From Vicugna vicugna (Eukaryota), in NCBI GenBank assembly GCA_013265495.1, contig MU057398.1, positions 310,001 to 374,000 on the forward strand: a DNA stretch of 64,000 bases, in the 5' to 3' direction. The position numbers and the translations under genes were made by a program. Below, piece by piece: positions 10,878-26,089 of the stretch. The notes beneath the pieces are model-generated. The model made no database searches, had not been told where the DNA came from, and worked only from the letters and a program-made list of their open reading frames with translations. The number at the start of each line of letters is the position of its first letter. Position 1 is the stretch's first letter.

Positions 10878-11939
10878 GGCCCTGGGTCGCCCCCTAGTGG
10901 GTGCTCCCGATCACCCATGTGCTGGGGAAGGGTGGCGTGGGGAGAAACCTGTCCTACCCACTCAAAACATCCACGGGGAATCCTATTAAACGTGCCTATG
11001 GGCCGGGCCTGGGGCCATCAGCCTGACCCGCACCGATTTGGGGCGGAACCACGCTCCAGACCCTGCCTCTTTCGCGACTGTTACTTTCTCCTTTGGGGAG
11101 TGGGGGATGGGGATAGGTATTCCCATCCGGAGAAACTTTTCCAGGTGGCTGCCAGTTCCCAGGGCCCAGGCCCTGTGTGCTTGGCCAGCTTGGCTGGGCC
11201 CCGAGCCTCTCGTGGTTTCCCTCTTCAGGAATGGCGTGTGCCTGTTCCGGCCACCTCATTTGCCACAGGGACCTGCTCCCAGTCCCATCCCTGGACCCAA
11301 ATGGCTGCTCATGGGGAGGGGCTCACCATTACCACCAGTGTAGTCACCCTCTCCCACCCCCTGCCCAGAGGGCTCGGGCCTCTTGGGACTGGGGGCCTCC
11401 CAGGGGATGTGGACTTGGAGGCACAGTGGCTGCCCCACATCCATGGGCACAGCCCCTTTCTGGGTGGTTCCTGGCTGGGCAGCGCTAGATGGGAGGGCGC
11501 TGGCCTGGGAGCCGCTGGGCGGGTTCCCGGCCACACATCTGGCGCCCTGACTGTTTATCCACTTGACATTTGAAAAGATGCTTTTTTTCCTCCTCCCCCA
11601 GATGTCTTGACAGGATCACTGGGGCTCTTTGTGACTGAGGGTGGTCAAACTGCCGCCGGAGGAGATGGGGTCTCAAAGCAAGAGCTGGGGGTGGGGGAGG
11701 GGGAGAAGAAGGCCTGGATTTTGCCACTGTGGGTCCCACACAGCCATGGTTGGTTTGGGGGGCGGGGAAGGGGCCAAGCTGCACACACACAGTCATTCAT
11801 TTCAGTACATACCCTTCATGGGCGGCGCACACGCGTGTGTGTCTGTCTGTATCAATGCTCACACATGCACACTAGCCAGCAGTCCCTGGGACTCACCCTT
11901 CGGAAGCCACACCATGGTTGCTTTCTTTAATTGTTCCTG

Positions 11940-11945
11940 AATAAA
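11940..11945 (+). terminator. DUSP9: DUSP9 polyadenylation signal AATAAA
   Basis: First canonical AATAAA I found downstream of the stop (~1.06 kb). A variant ATTAAA sits at 10985-10990. Confidence 0.75.
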
Positions 11946-13189
11946 CGGTTTCCGTAAGATACTGAATGGAGGGAAGCTGTTTCCTGAGCACCTTGGAGGG
12001 TTTGCAGAAAGGTGGGGAGGGAGGCTTGGGAAGGGGTGGGGTGTGCTGGGCTGATCAGGACTCGAGCACCACCGCACCCCTGTGTCACCATTTCCCATCT
12101 CGCCTCCATGCTGCCTGTAAGCCTAACCTCTGAGTCACCTGTTCACTCACAACCATTGAGCCCCTGCTCTGTGCCACACACATGGCCAGAGACTCTGTCG
12201 CAGCAGTGAGCCCGGGACCTGCCGCTTGGAGTCGACTTCCCAGAATGGGAGGGACAGAGCCCATGAAGCAGTAAATGACGCCAGGTGTCCGGTGTGGTGG
12301 GGAGAGCAAGGGAGGAGGGACCCAGAAGTGACCATGGGGGTTGGAAGCTGAGCCCTGAGACTCAGTGCAAAGTCAAACCCAAGCCCCGGGATGACCAGAT
12401 AGAGCCGCAGCAGGACCCAAGTTGAGGAGGGACGCCCAAAGACCTGCACATCCCAGTGTGTGTCCTTCTGGCTGAGGCAGTGTAGAATTTGGACTGCAAA
12501 GACCTGGATTGGGGGCAGGGAGAGCCTGCAGAGGCCACTGGGCCACTTGAAGTGACAGCTGGGGCTGGCTCCTTCCTGGCCTCCTGGCTGCAGCTCTGGA
12601 TGCAGCTCTGGATGCCTCCAGTGCCTTCAGCACACTGTAGCCAGAGGGGTCGTTTTAAAGCCGTGATTCCCAAGGACACAGATGTGGCAGGAAGTGGAGG
12701 AGAAGCCAGAGGGTGGGTGGAAACAAGGGCAGTAAGAGAAGGCAGTGGGGACTTTGTGCACCATGTGGGTGTCCAGAGACATCCTTCCTGTCCAAAATCC
12801 CTAAAACATAGGATGAAGTCTAAAAACATGCTTAAATGACTGGCTGAGCTGGTGGGAAAATAAGAGGAAGGCTCCAAGTTCAGAAACAATGAGGATCCTT
12901 GAGTCCAGGGGCATGAACCAGCTCTAGGGCCAGCACCTGTCACAGTGGTATCTACACCCAGGAGCCCAGAGTCAGAGGCCATCCCTCCTCCCTGGGGATC
13001 CTCTTCCCGTGGCTTTCCATGGGACACCCATGGGAGCTGGGAGACAATCCCTGGGCCCACACACACAGCCAGGACTCTTGAAGGGCAGTGCTCTCATTAG
13101 GTGTAGTCAGTAGAATATCAGTCTCCCCAGAGATGGCCTCCTTCTAATCCCAGGACCCCCTGAAGATGGTACCTTCCACGGCTTTTGCA

Positions 13190-14740
13190 TATTAAGCATG
13201 GAGTTTTAAATCGCCAGTCCAACATCCCTGCCATATCTGTCTGCTTCTGATGCTTGCTCTGTCTCTTCAAACCGTGGTTTTTTCCCTTTAGTATGCCTTG
13301 CAATTCTTTGTTGAAAGCCAGGCAGTAAAGGAGTAATGCAGTAAAGGAGGCCTTGACTTACCGCTGGTGAGGTGTGGGGGGAGGGGGAGCAGTCTACAGT
13401 CTAAGGATCAGGCCTGAGTCTTTCGGTGAGCCTGTGCCTCTAGGTTGTGACCTTCACAAGTGCTTCTCAGTTTCCGCCCCACTAAGGTGGGTTAAGATGG
13501 CTAGAGGGGGCTGAAGTGAGGTGTTTCCCTTTCCCAGCTCTGCTAGACTCTGATAAAACCCCAATAGGCCAGGCTCAGGTATAATCGTTTGTCTTGGGTG
13601 TGAGCTTTGTTAAGAACAGAATGCCCTGGTGTATTATTTCAAAATCTCTACTTTCCCCCTCTGCCTGCCAGAGGCAGGAGGAGATTTTTCTCCAGTCTTC
13701 ACTGTGAGAACCTGGTAGGACTCCTGGAGGTAAAACTCACAAGAGGGTGGGAACTTCCCTAGGACTGGGTACCCCTGGAGTTTTGAACTCTCAGACTTGT
13801 CTACCCTAGCCCCCAGCAGATCGTCAGTGCAAGTTCAGGCTTTCTTACTTCAGCACTCTTCCTGCTCACGGGCTTCTGCTCCGGTAAATTGTGATGCTCT
13901 GTATTCACCTGGAGTCTCTCTAGTTTGGGGAGCAGTGGTTTGGCCTATGACCTCTTGTCCCTGTTGGAACTAAGAAGAGTTCTTGATTTTTCAGGTTGTT
14001 GAGTGTTTCACTTGCTAGCATGGACGACCTCCAGGTTCTTATGTGCCAGACCAGAAAGTGGACTCCCCTTGAGTCTGCTTTGATCGGCTGATTTTTATCA
14101 CCAGGAGTTACATTTTTTTAAGAATCAACAGAATGCAGTAATCCATTCATAAAGGACAGTCAGACGTGCTCACACATATTCAAGAAATCAATCAAGTTAT
14201 AAATAATAAGTAGTTCATCTGTGTCTTTTTTCCTTAGATTCCACATATAAGCGACATCATATAGTATTTTTCTTTCTCGTTCTGGCTTACTTCACTTAGA
14301 ATGACGATCTCCAGGTCCATCCATGTTGTTGCAAATGGCTTTATTTTATTCTTTTTTATGATTGAGTAATATTCCACTGTGAATATCTATACCACACTTT
14401 CTTTTCCCAATTATCTGTCAATAGGCATTTAGGTTGTTTCCATGTCTTGGCTGTTGTACATAGTGCTGCTATGAACATTGGGGTGCAGGTGTCTTTTTGA
14501 ATTATATTTTTCCCTGGGTTATCATTAGGGGTTACATTTTAATGCTTCTTCTACCTCAGTCAGAAAAGTCTGGGTGGTGGAATTTACCTAATTTGTTTCC
14601 TTTCTCTCAGGCACCACAGGGTCTTCACCAGCTATTGTCCATCATCTGAAAACACTTGATTCATATATCGTGCCAAGTTTTCCAATTGTGTATGGTGGGA
14701 GGGGAATTCTGGACCCTGTTACTCCTTCACGGCCACATCA
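13190..14740 (-). mobile_element. Old L1M-type 5'UTR/ORF1-start fragment(s), antisense, interrupted by a younger insertion at 14117-14518
   Basis: Minus-strand peptide KRQSKHQKQTDMAGML resembles an L1 ORF1 N-terminal region. 14700-14740 resembles an L1M 5' terminus (GGAGTAACAGGG). Confidence 0.6.
14205..14518 (-). mobile_element. Younger L1 3'-region fragment, antisense
   Basis: TTAGATTCCACATATAAG...TGGCTTACTTCACTTAGAATGAC...TCCATCCATGTTGTTGCAAATGGC is a typical reverse-complemented L1 ORF2-end/3'UTR. Confidence 0.9.
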
Positions 14741-15680
14741 GTATTGAACAACTTTAAGCTTTGTGAAGATAAATATGCACGCTATGTTTTCTAAGGAACT
14801 ACTAAAAGAATATAGAGTGTATTACTTCCAAACTAGTAGAGGGAAAATATCAAGTGAGGAGAAAAATCTAAATCTAAAAGAAGTAAAAAGAGGAAAATAA
14901 AGAAACAAACATTGGAATAAGTAGAAAGCACAAAATAAGATCTTAGAAATCAATCCAAACATCACTAAGCAAAATAAATAGACTAAATTTTCCAGTTAAA
15001 GACAGGATTTTTTAAAAATCCAGTCATAAGCTGTTTATAAGAGGTACATCTAAATGATCGGACAGGAAAAAAAAGATCAAAGGTCAGGACTTCCAGCTAT
15101 GGCCAAATGAGGAGATCAACAAATAACCTCCCTAGGAAAGCAACTACAAAGCTGGAAAAAATTGACAAAAACAATATTTATGACCTGGAAATCAACCAAA
15201 GGTATATAATACAATGAGAAGCTGACCTTTGGGAATCGGCAACACTCCGGCCCAGGGCTGCTAGCAGCCCTCCTAGCTTGGTTTGGAAACAGCTTCTGGG
15301 GAAGAGGCCAGCAGGGAAGGCCCAGCAACTCAGCTCTGCTAGACCGAGGCTGTGGACACGGGTAGGGTGAGCGTATTCCCGACTAGCTGGAGAACGGAGA
15401 GGGCTCAAGCCATTCAGGCTCTCCTGGACCACCTTGAGGCTGTGCACATGTGTGTAGGAGACTCAAAAGGGTCAGTGGAAAGAAAACCCAGGGAAGACTT
15501 GATAATAGCCTAAACATTGAAAGATCTCCCCTATCCACACACAGATCCGGCAGTAGAGTACACAAGTCTTAGTGGCTCGAGACATTTGAGCCCAGTTTCT
15601 GTCCAATTTGGCTGGCCACTAAGCTAGATTAAGCACAGATTTAGTCCAGAAAAGTTACACAACAAAGCAGCAAACAAGTT

Positions 15681-15702
15681 CACACACACACACACACACA
15701 CA
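15681..15702. repeat. (CA)11 microsatellite
   Basis: Read directly. Confidence 0.95.
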
Positions 15703-18252
15703 TACAGCAAAAACAGTAACCTCCAGGGGGAAAGGGACTATCAGAATCCAGAGTTGCTGGAAAATATTATCTAAAATCCTCAATTTCCAACAAAAAATTA
15801 CAAGACATGCAAAGAAACAGCAAATGTGACCCACATTAGGGAAAACAGTCAATAGCAACTATCTCTGAGTGCTCTCAGATGTTGGAATTAGTCGACGAAG
15901 ACTTCAGAGTACTTACTATAAATATGTTCAAAGTACTAAAGAATGCCATGTTTAAAGAGTTAAAGTAAAGTATGACAACAGCAAATCAACAAATAGAGAT
16001 TCTCCATACAGATGCAGAAGTTGTGAAAAGATAACTAAATGGAAATAATGTGTCTGAAGAGCACAATAACTAAAATGACATTTTTTCTAGCAGTATTAAA
16101 GAGAAGGTTCAAGATGTCAGAAGAAATTACTAGTGAACTTAAAAACACAACAATATAAATTATCCAGTCTAAAGAACAGACAGAAAAATACTTGTGCCTC
16201 AGAGGCCTGTGGGACAACATGAGGCACTCTAAAACATGTGTAAAGGGAGGCCTTGAAGAAGACGAGAGAGAGAAAGGGTCAGAATAAATATTTGAAGAAA
16301 CAATGACAGAAATGTCCAAAATTTTATGAGAAACAGTAGCCAGATCCAAGAAGTTCAAAGAAAGATAAACACAAAGAGAGCTAGTCATAGACACTTCATA
16401 GTCAAACTGTTGAAAGCCAAAGATAGACTATTTTGAAAGCAATGGGAGAAAAACAAGCCATGTAGGAGGAAACCACAATAACAGAAACCATCAGAAACAA
16501 TGGCGGCCAAAAGACAGTGAAATGACATAATCAAAGAACTGAAAGGGGAAAAAAACACAATCAGTCAAAAGTTCTATATCTAGCAAAACTATCCTTTAAA
16601 AATGGAAGATTAAAAAAAAAAGGCATTTCCAGTTAAAGACTGAGAGAATTTATTGCTAGTATACTTCTTTACGAGAAGTACTAGAAAAAAATCCTTCAGG
16701 CTGACACCAGTTAGTAACTTGAATTCACAAGAAGAAATGAAAAGCAGAAAAAATGATTAATATGTGGGTTAATATAAATATTTCTCAATATATTCTTTCT
16801 CATTTCTTCTCTTAACTTCTTTAAAAGACATAAGATTGTATGAAGCGATGGCTGTAACACTGCACTGTGGAGTTTATATCCATATAGATGTAATATACAT
16901 GACATTAATAGCACAGAACAGGAAGGAGGGAATGGAGCTATCCTGCAGCAAAGTCTCTATAATTTACCAAAAATAAATGAGTTTTAATACAAAGTAAATT
17001 ATGATTAGTTCAGAGGCATATTGTAATGCAATTATAATTCAAAAAATATATAGTTAAAAAATCAACAGCGAAAATAAAATGGTACACCAAAAAATATTTA
17101 ATACAAGTGACTGCAGTCAAGGAAGAAGACAGGAACAAAAAGACGGGAGATATAACAAAATGGCAAAGGTAAATCCAACCACATGGATCGTTACATTAAA
17201 TGTGCATGGTCTAAACACGCCAATCAAAAATTGGACATTCAAAAAAACTAGATTCAAACAACAATATATTTATTGTTTACCAAAGAAATCTATAGCTTTA
17301 AATGCCTATACCAACAACAACAACAAAAAAGGTCTCAAATCAAGAGTCAAATGATCTGCCTTAATAAACTAGAAAAAGAAAAGCAAACTAAATCCAAAGC
17401 AAGCAGAGGTAAGATTAGTGCAGAAATGAATGAAGTAGAAAACAGGAAAACAATAGAGAAAAATCAGTAAAAATAAAAGTTGTTTTTGGAAAAGATGAAC
17501 AAAATTGATCCTATCTAGATTGATTAAGAAAAAAGACTACCAAGATCAAGGATGAAAAGGGGGACATTACTACTGACCTATACAAATGTTAAGGATTATA
17601 AGGCAATGTTTTGAACAACTTTATGCCAACAGATTAGATAATTCAGATGAAATGGACAAATTCCTAAAAAGACACAGATGACCAAAATTGACTTTAAAAG
17701 AAATAGAAAATCTGAATAGATTTATAACAAGCAAATAAGTTGAATTAGTAATTGAAAATCTTCCCACAAAGAAAATCCAAGTCCAGAAGTCTTCACTGGT
17801 AAATTCTACCAAATAATGCAACTGAAAAACATGTCCTCACAAAAACTCGCACAGGAATGATCATAGATGCATTCTTCACAATAGCCAAAAGGTGGAGACA
17901 ACCCAATGTCCATCCGTGGATACATGGATAAATAGAGCATGGTCTGTCCATAGAGTGGAACAACGTTCAGCTGTAAAAATGTACATAAGTACTGACACGT
18001 GCTACAACATGGATGAACCTTGAAAACATTGTGTTGAGTCAATAAGCCAGACACAAAGAGCCACATATTGTGATTCCATTTATGTGAAATAACAGAACAG
18101 GCAAATCCACAAAGACAGAAAGTAGACTAGTGGTTGCCAGGGGCTGGGGGCTCACGGGGGATGGGGAGTTGCCACTAATGTCCACAGGGTTTTCTTTTGG
18201 GGTGGTGAGAATGTTCTAGAATTAGATCATGGTGATGAAAACTTTGTAAATA

Positions 18253-18755
18253 CAGATTTTCCTCAACTTACCATGGGGTTACATCCCAATAAACCCATCA
18301 TAAGTTGAAAATATCCTAAGTACAAAATGCATTTAATATACCTAACTTACCGAACATCATAGCTTAGCCTATCCTACCTTAAACGTGCTCAGAACACTTA
18401 CATTAGCCCACAGTTTGGCAAAATCATCTAACATGAAGCCTATTTTATAACAAAGTGTTGCATTTGTCATGTAATTGAATACTGGACTGACAGTGAAAAA
18501 CGGAATGGCTGTCTGGGTACAGAATGGTCCTAAGTGTATCAGTTGTTCACCCACATGATTACGGGCCAACTGGGAGCTGTGGCTCGCTGCCACAGCCCAG
18601 CATCATGAGAGGATTACACAAGTCGCTATCCCGGGAAAATATCAAAATTCAAAATTCAAAGCACAGTTTCTGCTGGATGCATATTGCTTTCACATCATCA
18701 TAAAAGTTGAAAAATCATTTTTTAAGTCAAACTGTTGTAAGTCAGGGACCATCTG
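18253..18755 (+). mobile_element. MER47/Tigger5-family (TcMar-Tigger) non-autonomous DNA transposon
   Basis: Terminal inverted repeats CAGATTTTCCTCAACTTAC ... GTAAGTCAGGGACCATCTG, flanked by TA (18251-18252, 18756-18757). Body matches recalled MER47 text (GGGGTTACATCCC, CATCATAGCTTAGCCT). Splits an L1 3' tail. Confidence 0.9.
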
Positions 18756-20084
18756 TACACCAAAAAAACCAATAAATTGTACATTATAAAGGGTGCATTT
18801 TATGGCACGTGAAATATATCTCAAAAAATATGTACATTTGAAAGAAAAATGACTGAATAAGATATACCAGGTAAATATTAACCAAAAGAAAGACATAGGT
18901 GCTATGCTACAAGCAGCATGGAAGTAAATGGCCAGGCAGAAGCATTACTAGTATTAACACATGTTGCTCCATGTTGATCAAATATTGAACTTACCTGAAA
19001 CATATAGCAATTCTAAACTCATCAGCACTTCATAACCTAACCTAAAAATACATAAAGACATAGCTGAAAGAACTACAAGGAGAAACAGGAAAAGCAGCTG
19101 GGCCTCTACTCAGGACATCATGTGAGGCAGGCTTGGCTCCCTGGCATGAGGGGAACTATTGAAATCTCTATGGGGCTGGGGAGAGGGGTTGAAATCTAGA
19201 GATGAGGCTTTTATATTTTTAAGGGGGGGCCAGAGGATTGAAAAATACTGGAACTCTCTTAAAGCAAAAGTCTGACCTTGTGACTGTCCTACCTACAACC
19301 CCCCAGTGGCTCCCCAGTGCTCTCTTGAGAAAGTTCACTTTCCAAACCAATCTCTAAGCATTTTTCACAGCCACCTTCAGTCAACCAAACCAAGTTATTG
19401 GTTTTTTCCCAAACACTCCATACTTCATGTCTTGCCCACCTGAGGAGACAGGGATGGAGACAGGGGTGCCTGGACAAAGCTGGGGTAGGTAGACAACATG
19501 GCTGCCATGGGCCCACCACATAGCTGGCAGGGAGAAGCCAGGCTTAGAGCCCTGACAGGGGGCCTGGTTTGGCCTCTTCATTTCCTGAACAGGCCTGCTT
19601 CTCTCCTGGGTTCAGAGGACTCCCTCACAGCCCCCTATTCAGCCTGCCAAGACCAACCTCCATCTTTCCAGTCCCTCTTCAGCTGCCTCGGCACAGGCTC
19701 CCTACATCTCTCACCTGGCCCCCAAACAAGGCCCCCAGACACGTGGACCTGCCATCAGCCCTGCCTCACTTCTCAGAGGGGTCTTCTTAGTGCCCGGATT
19801 CTGCACCCTACCTGCCAGGTTCCTTCTTCACAGGAAATTAATTAAATGAAATTAGAGGCATAGAGGATGTTAAAGGCGACAAAACCACATGCCTGGCTCA
19901 CACTCAAATCCAGGGGAGTCCCCCCAACCCAGCTTCTCTGACAGTCTGCACTCACCAAGAGAAAGGTGAAGTCCCCCGTCTTCTCCTCAAGTCCCCACAA
20001 GACCTCCATGTTCCCAAAGGGCTCTCTTCACCCACCTAGAGGCAGGCAGGTGGGTAGAGCCCAAGGCTATGTGGCCTGGGCTCA

Positions 20085-20190
20085 GCGATTTGGCCTCTCT
20101 GTGCCTCGGTTTCCTCATATGTAAAGTGGGCACGGTGCTAATAAGACTAGCTACCTCATAGTCGAGGTTTGAGTTAATATACACAAATTC
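20085..20190 (+). mobile_element. MIR SINE fragment
   Basis: Core motif CTCTCTGTGCCTCGGTTTCCTCATATGTAAAGTGGG...CTACCTCATAG. Confidence 0.8.
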
Positions 20191-22579
20191 TCTTTGCTCT
20201 GCTTCCATGCCCCTTCAGGCACCTCCAATTCACCATGTCCAAAATCAGCGTCGTTGTCTGTCCCCCAACCCACCCCAGCTGAACCCCTCTTGGTGGATGT
20301 TCCCACGGTCTACCCAGAAATGCATGGGCCACTCCGGATCCCTCTCCCCAACCCATCACTGACTTCTAAAGAGCTCCCAGGACAACCCACTTCTGTCTCT
20401 CCATCCCCAGTGGGACCCCACTGAGTATCCCTGGAACCCCTGACACCCACAAGTTCAGCACCTACCCCAGCCTGGACAGAGGCACTCTCCAGCTCCCACC
20501 CCTCCAGTGGCTCACCCCTGCTCAGAGACTAAAGCCCAACCCTGACCCTGCCAGGCTCTAGTCTGAGCACCCGCTGTTCCCTGCTCCTTAAATGCTCTTG
20601 CAGCATCCCCTGCCCATCACTCTTCCAGGCCGCTCATCGCATCCCATGGCCTAGGTGACCCAAAGTTCTCCTCTGGCAAACTGTCTCCTCACATGGGAAA
20701 GGCTTGGAGGGATAAAAGAAGGGTGCCACCTCTGCCTGCCCTGGAGGTCCCGCCATCACACCGCTTCCAGATGGGGAGGGTGGGACGTCTTCCCCAAGTG
20801 AAGACTTCCCTGGGGCAGGATTTGGGGAGATGGGGGAGGAGAAAAATGGTTTTGAGCGGCTGCCCCAGGTGCTAAAGGATCACGGGGAGGTTGATGGATG
20901 TGGAAAGTGTGACCATGGCGCCACCTGCTGGCTGGAGGTCAAATTGCATCCTGTGTCAGTGCCGCAGGAGCCAGGGCCCAACTCCGCAGCAATGGGCTGG
21001 AAGAGCTGGCTGTCTCTGAAGTAGTGGGATTCCTTCCGAAAGACTGGCTCTGGTGCTCCTGCTCCAGGCTGCCTGAGCAGACAGTTGTTACTTTCCCCAC
21101 ACAGATCATTCCCAACGTCTGAGTAAGTCCACCCCCTCCGCAACCGCCCTCCAGCAAAAGTGGACGTGGTAAGGACTTCAAGGTTGCAGGGCAAGAGAAG
21201 GCAAAGCCCCAAGCTGGGGGCTAAAGGGAGGCAGGACAGGTCGCTGGAGGTGAAGAGGCCAGGCTGTTGAGATGGACTGTGGTTATGGCTGCCTGAGGTC
21301 CCCTGGGCTGTGGGTGAAGGGCAGCACACACAGTAGGACAGGATTGTGTGACCCCAGAAGCCTGGAGCAAAGGATGGCCTACAGGTGGCCATGCGGATGT
21401 GGGAGGATGCTGAGAGAAGAAAGCCAAAGAGGGGCTTGTAGCCTGGGCATCAGCAGGCGGGCATGCCCACGCTGGGCTGCGCCCACCCCCAATTATCTGT
21501 GCGGCTGCTCTCCTCAGTGGACACTGCTCCCCCTCCAGCCCCAACCCCAGGACCCAGGCCAGCCTGGCTTGAGGCCTCACTGCCTCCCTTCAAGTCCCAA
21601 AGGTCGGCAAGGAGATGTGTCTTCTCCATCACGTTCTGCAGTGCAGGCTGGCAGGGGCCCTGGGGGCAAGGGTCACAGTGGGGGAAAGGGGCAGCCAGCT
21701 CACCCAGAGCTCTGAGGGTGCTCCCTCTGCTCTGCTGGGGTTAAGGAGAGGCCAGAGGAGTCTTCCCCTGATGGGTGCGGAACAAAGGCCTAGCAGAGCC
21801 AGGAGAGGCTTGGGGCCTCGAAGGGCAGGGGCTGCGCAGACCAGTAGACCGCCACCACCCTTGACACCAGAAGCCAGGACCCACCCAGCCTGACTGCCCC
21901 GGGGGCCTGAGCCCAAGTGTTCCAAGACCACAACAAAGGACAGGGCTTGAGGCCCCAGTGGCACCCTCTCCTGGCCAAGAGGCTCCTCCTGCACCCCCTG
22001 ACACTGGGTTTCCAGAGCTTTTCTGCACAAGAACGTGTACACTGGAGATGCTCTCCATCAGGCCACGGCCCAGGAAGCAGGAGGAGCGGAGAGGTTGGAG
22101 AAGATAGCCTAGGACTCTGGTTGCCCTCCCAGCTGTAGCACTCCGGCCTCCACCCATCTGTGTGCCCTTCCCAGCCTGTTCCTGATCAGCAAGGGCGCTG
22201 CGGGCCATCCCCTGAGGCCTGAGGACAGCACTCCTCAGCCCCCATTCAGCCTCCTGCCACCACCTCTGCTAGCAGTAGGCAGGCCTGAGCTGTGCCCGTT
22301 TTCTCCCAGGGTGCCAGAGCCACATGCAGGCTGACACCTAGGGTGGCAGAGCTGGCTGCTGGGCTGCCTCTTGCTAGCACTTTGAGGGGTGGGAACAGGA
22401 AGTTCTTGGACCAGACGGAGCGGAACTTTGGGTGGCAACGGGCGATGTCCCTTGGGGGCCTGCTGGGCAGTGGGCTTGCTTCCTTGGTCTCCTTTGCTCA
22501 GAGACACCATCCTCTCCACACTCGTCCCTCATCTCCAATCCCTCCCTCCAGCTCAGCACTGCCCATTGCTCCGTCTGTC

Positions 22580-22585
22580 TTTATT
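22580..22585 (-). terminator. PNCK: PNCK polyadenylation signal AATAAA
   Basis: TTTATT on the + strand, ~300 nt into the predicted non-coding last exon (acceptor at 22885). Confidence 0.75.
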
Positions 22586-23244
22586 AATTTGGGGAGAACT
22601 GGAGAGGGGCTGGAGGGCCATGGCGCAAGCAGGACCACTCACAGTCAGCAAAGCACAGAACAGCGCACAGGAAGGACAGCCCCGGGGGCCTCTTGGCTTC
22701 TAGCGACAGGGGAGGGGAGCCCCTGTGGACATGCCCCGCCAGCTCCCACCCCAGTGCCATACACTGCACCCACATGACCCAAACTCTCCAGCACAGGCCA
22801 GCCCCAGGCTTGGGGGAGGGAGAGGGGACTGAAAGGGTCCATTGGAAGGGATCCGGGGGTCGGTGCACCTGGCCTCGGCCTTGGCCTGGGGTGAAGGAGA
22901 AGAGAGAAGCACAGAGAAGGGGGCCAGTCAGGGGGTGCCCCGGCCTGCCCCGGGGCCCCTGTTCCTAGCCAAGGTCCTTAGCAGTGGTGCCCGCTGGTCT
23001 TGGCGCTGGGCCTCTCGAGAATCCTCGCAGTCCCTGGAGTCACCAGCCCCCATGGCCTCTCTCTCTGTCCCTCATCCACTTCTCCAGGAACACCGGGCCC
23101 TCCCTGTCAGTGCTCTCTGCCCTCAGCCCTCTACCCTATGGGGTCCACCCAGCTCTGCTCTTGGCCACGTGGGGCCTGCCACCCCTTAAGCTCACTGAGG
23201 AGCCAGCTCCTAGGGGTGCAGGGCCACCCCCACGAACCTGGGCG

Positions 23245-25546
<2,302 letters not shown>

Positions 25547-26089
25547 GTCTGGGGGTGCCAGGAGAGATGAAAGGAGGGTCAATGGGTGAGGGGCAGGCCA
25601 GCCCCCACCCCAGACCGCGTAGTGCCTCAGCTGTCCTCAGCAACAGCCCCACTCAAGAACACAGGTCCCAGGCACCCTCCCCAGCCCGGTCTTCTCGCCC
25701 CTCCCCCACCGTCCAGGCCCCCCACTCCCAGGTGGACGCCTCCCAGCCAGGCCACCGCATACACTCCTCCCTCAACCAGATACACCGCCGCGATCCGAGG
25801 CCCCCCGACCCTGGCACCCCGACGGTGATCAGCGCCCAGACACCCTCTCTCTGCCCCCACACAACTGAATCAGCCGTGATTGACCGCTTTCCAGAAAGCT
25901 CCATGCACCCCTCCCCACGACCCGGGCCCCTCCAAACCCGCCCCGATGCACAGCGCCCAGAGGCGCCCGCCACCCCCGGCCCCCAGGCCTAGACCTGCCA
26001 CCCATGGCCCAGTGCCCACTGGCCTCCCCTCCCAGGCCATCAACCCGCCCGAGATGCACCTGCGACTCCCGCACACAGCCGCCTGCCAC

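Larger units (their letters stand above)
14745..19095 (+). mobile_element. Cluster of decayed sense L1 pieces: 5'UTR/ORF1/ORF2 start ~15085-17815, L1MB-like 3' end ~17820-18830, ORF2 pieces on either side
   Basis: A-rich strand with ORF2 endonuclease remnant (IVTLNVHGLNTPIK; LNKLEKEKQTKSKASR). Also GATGAAATGGACAAATTCCT and the 3'UTR motifs ACATGGATGAACCTTGAAAACATT and GTGGTTGCCAGGGGCTGGGG. Many stops and frameshifts. Confidence 0.9.
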
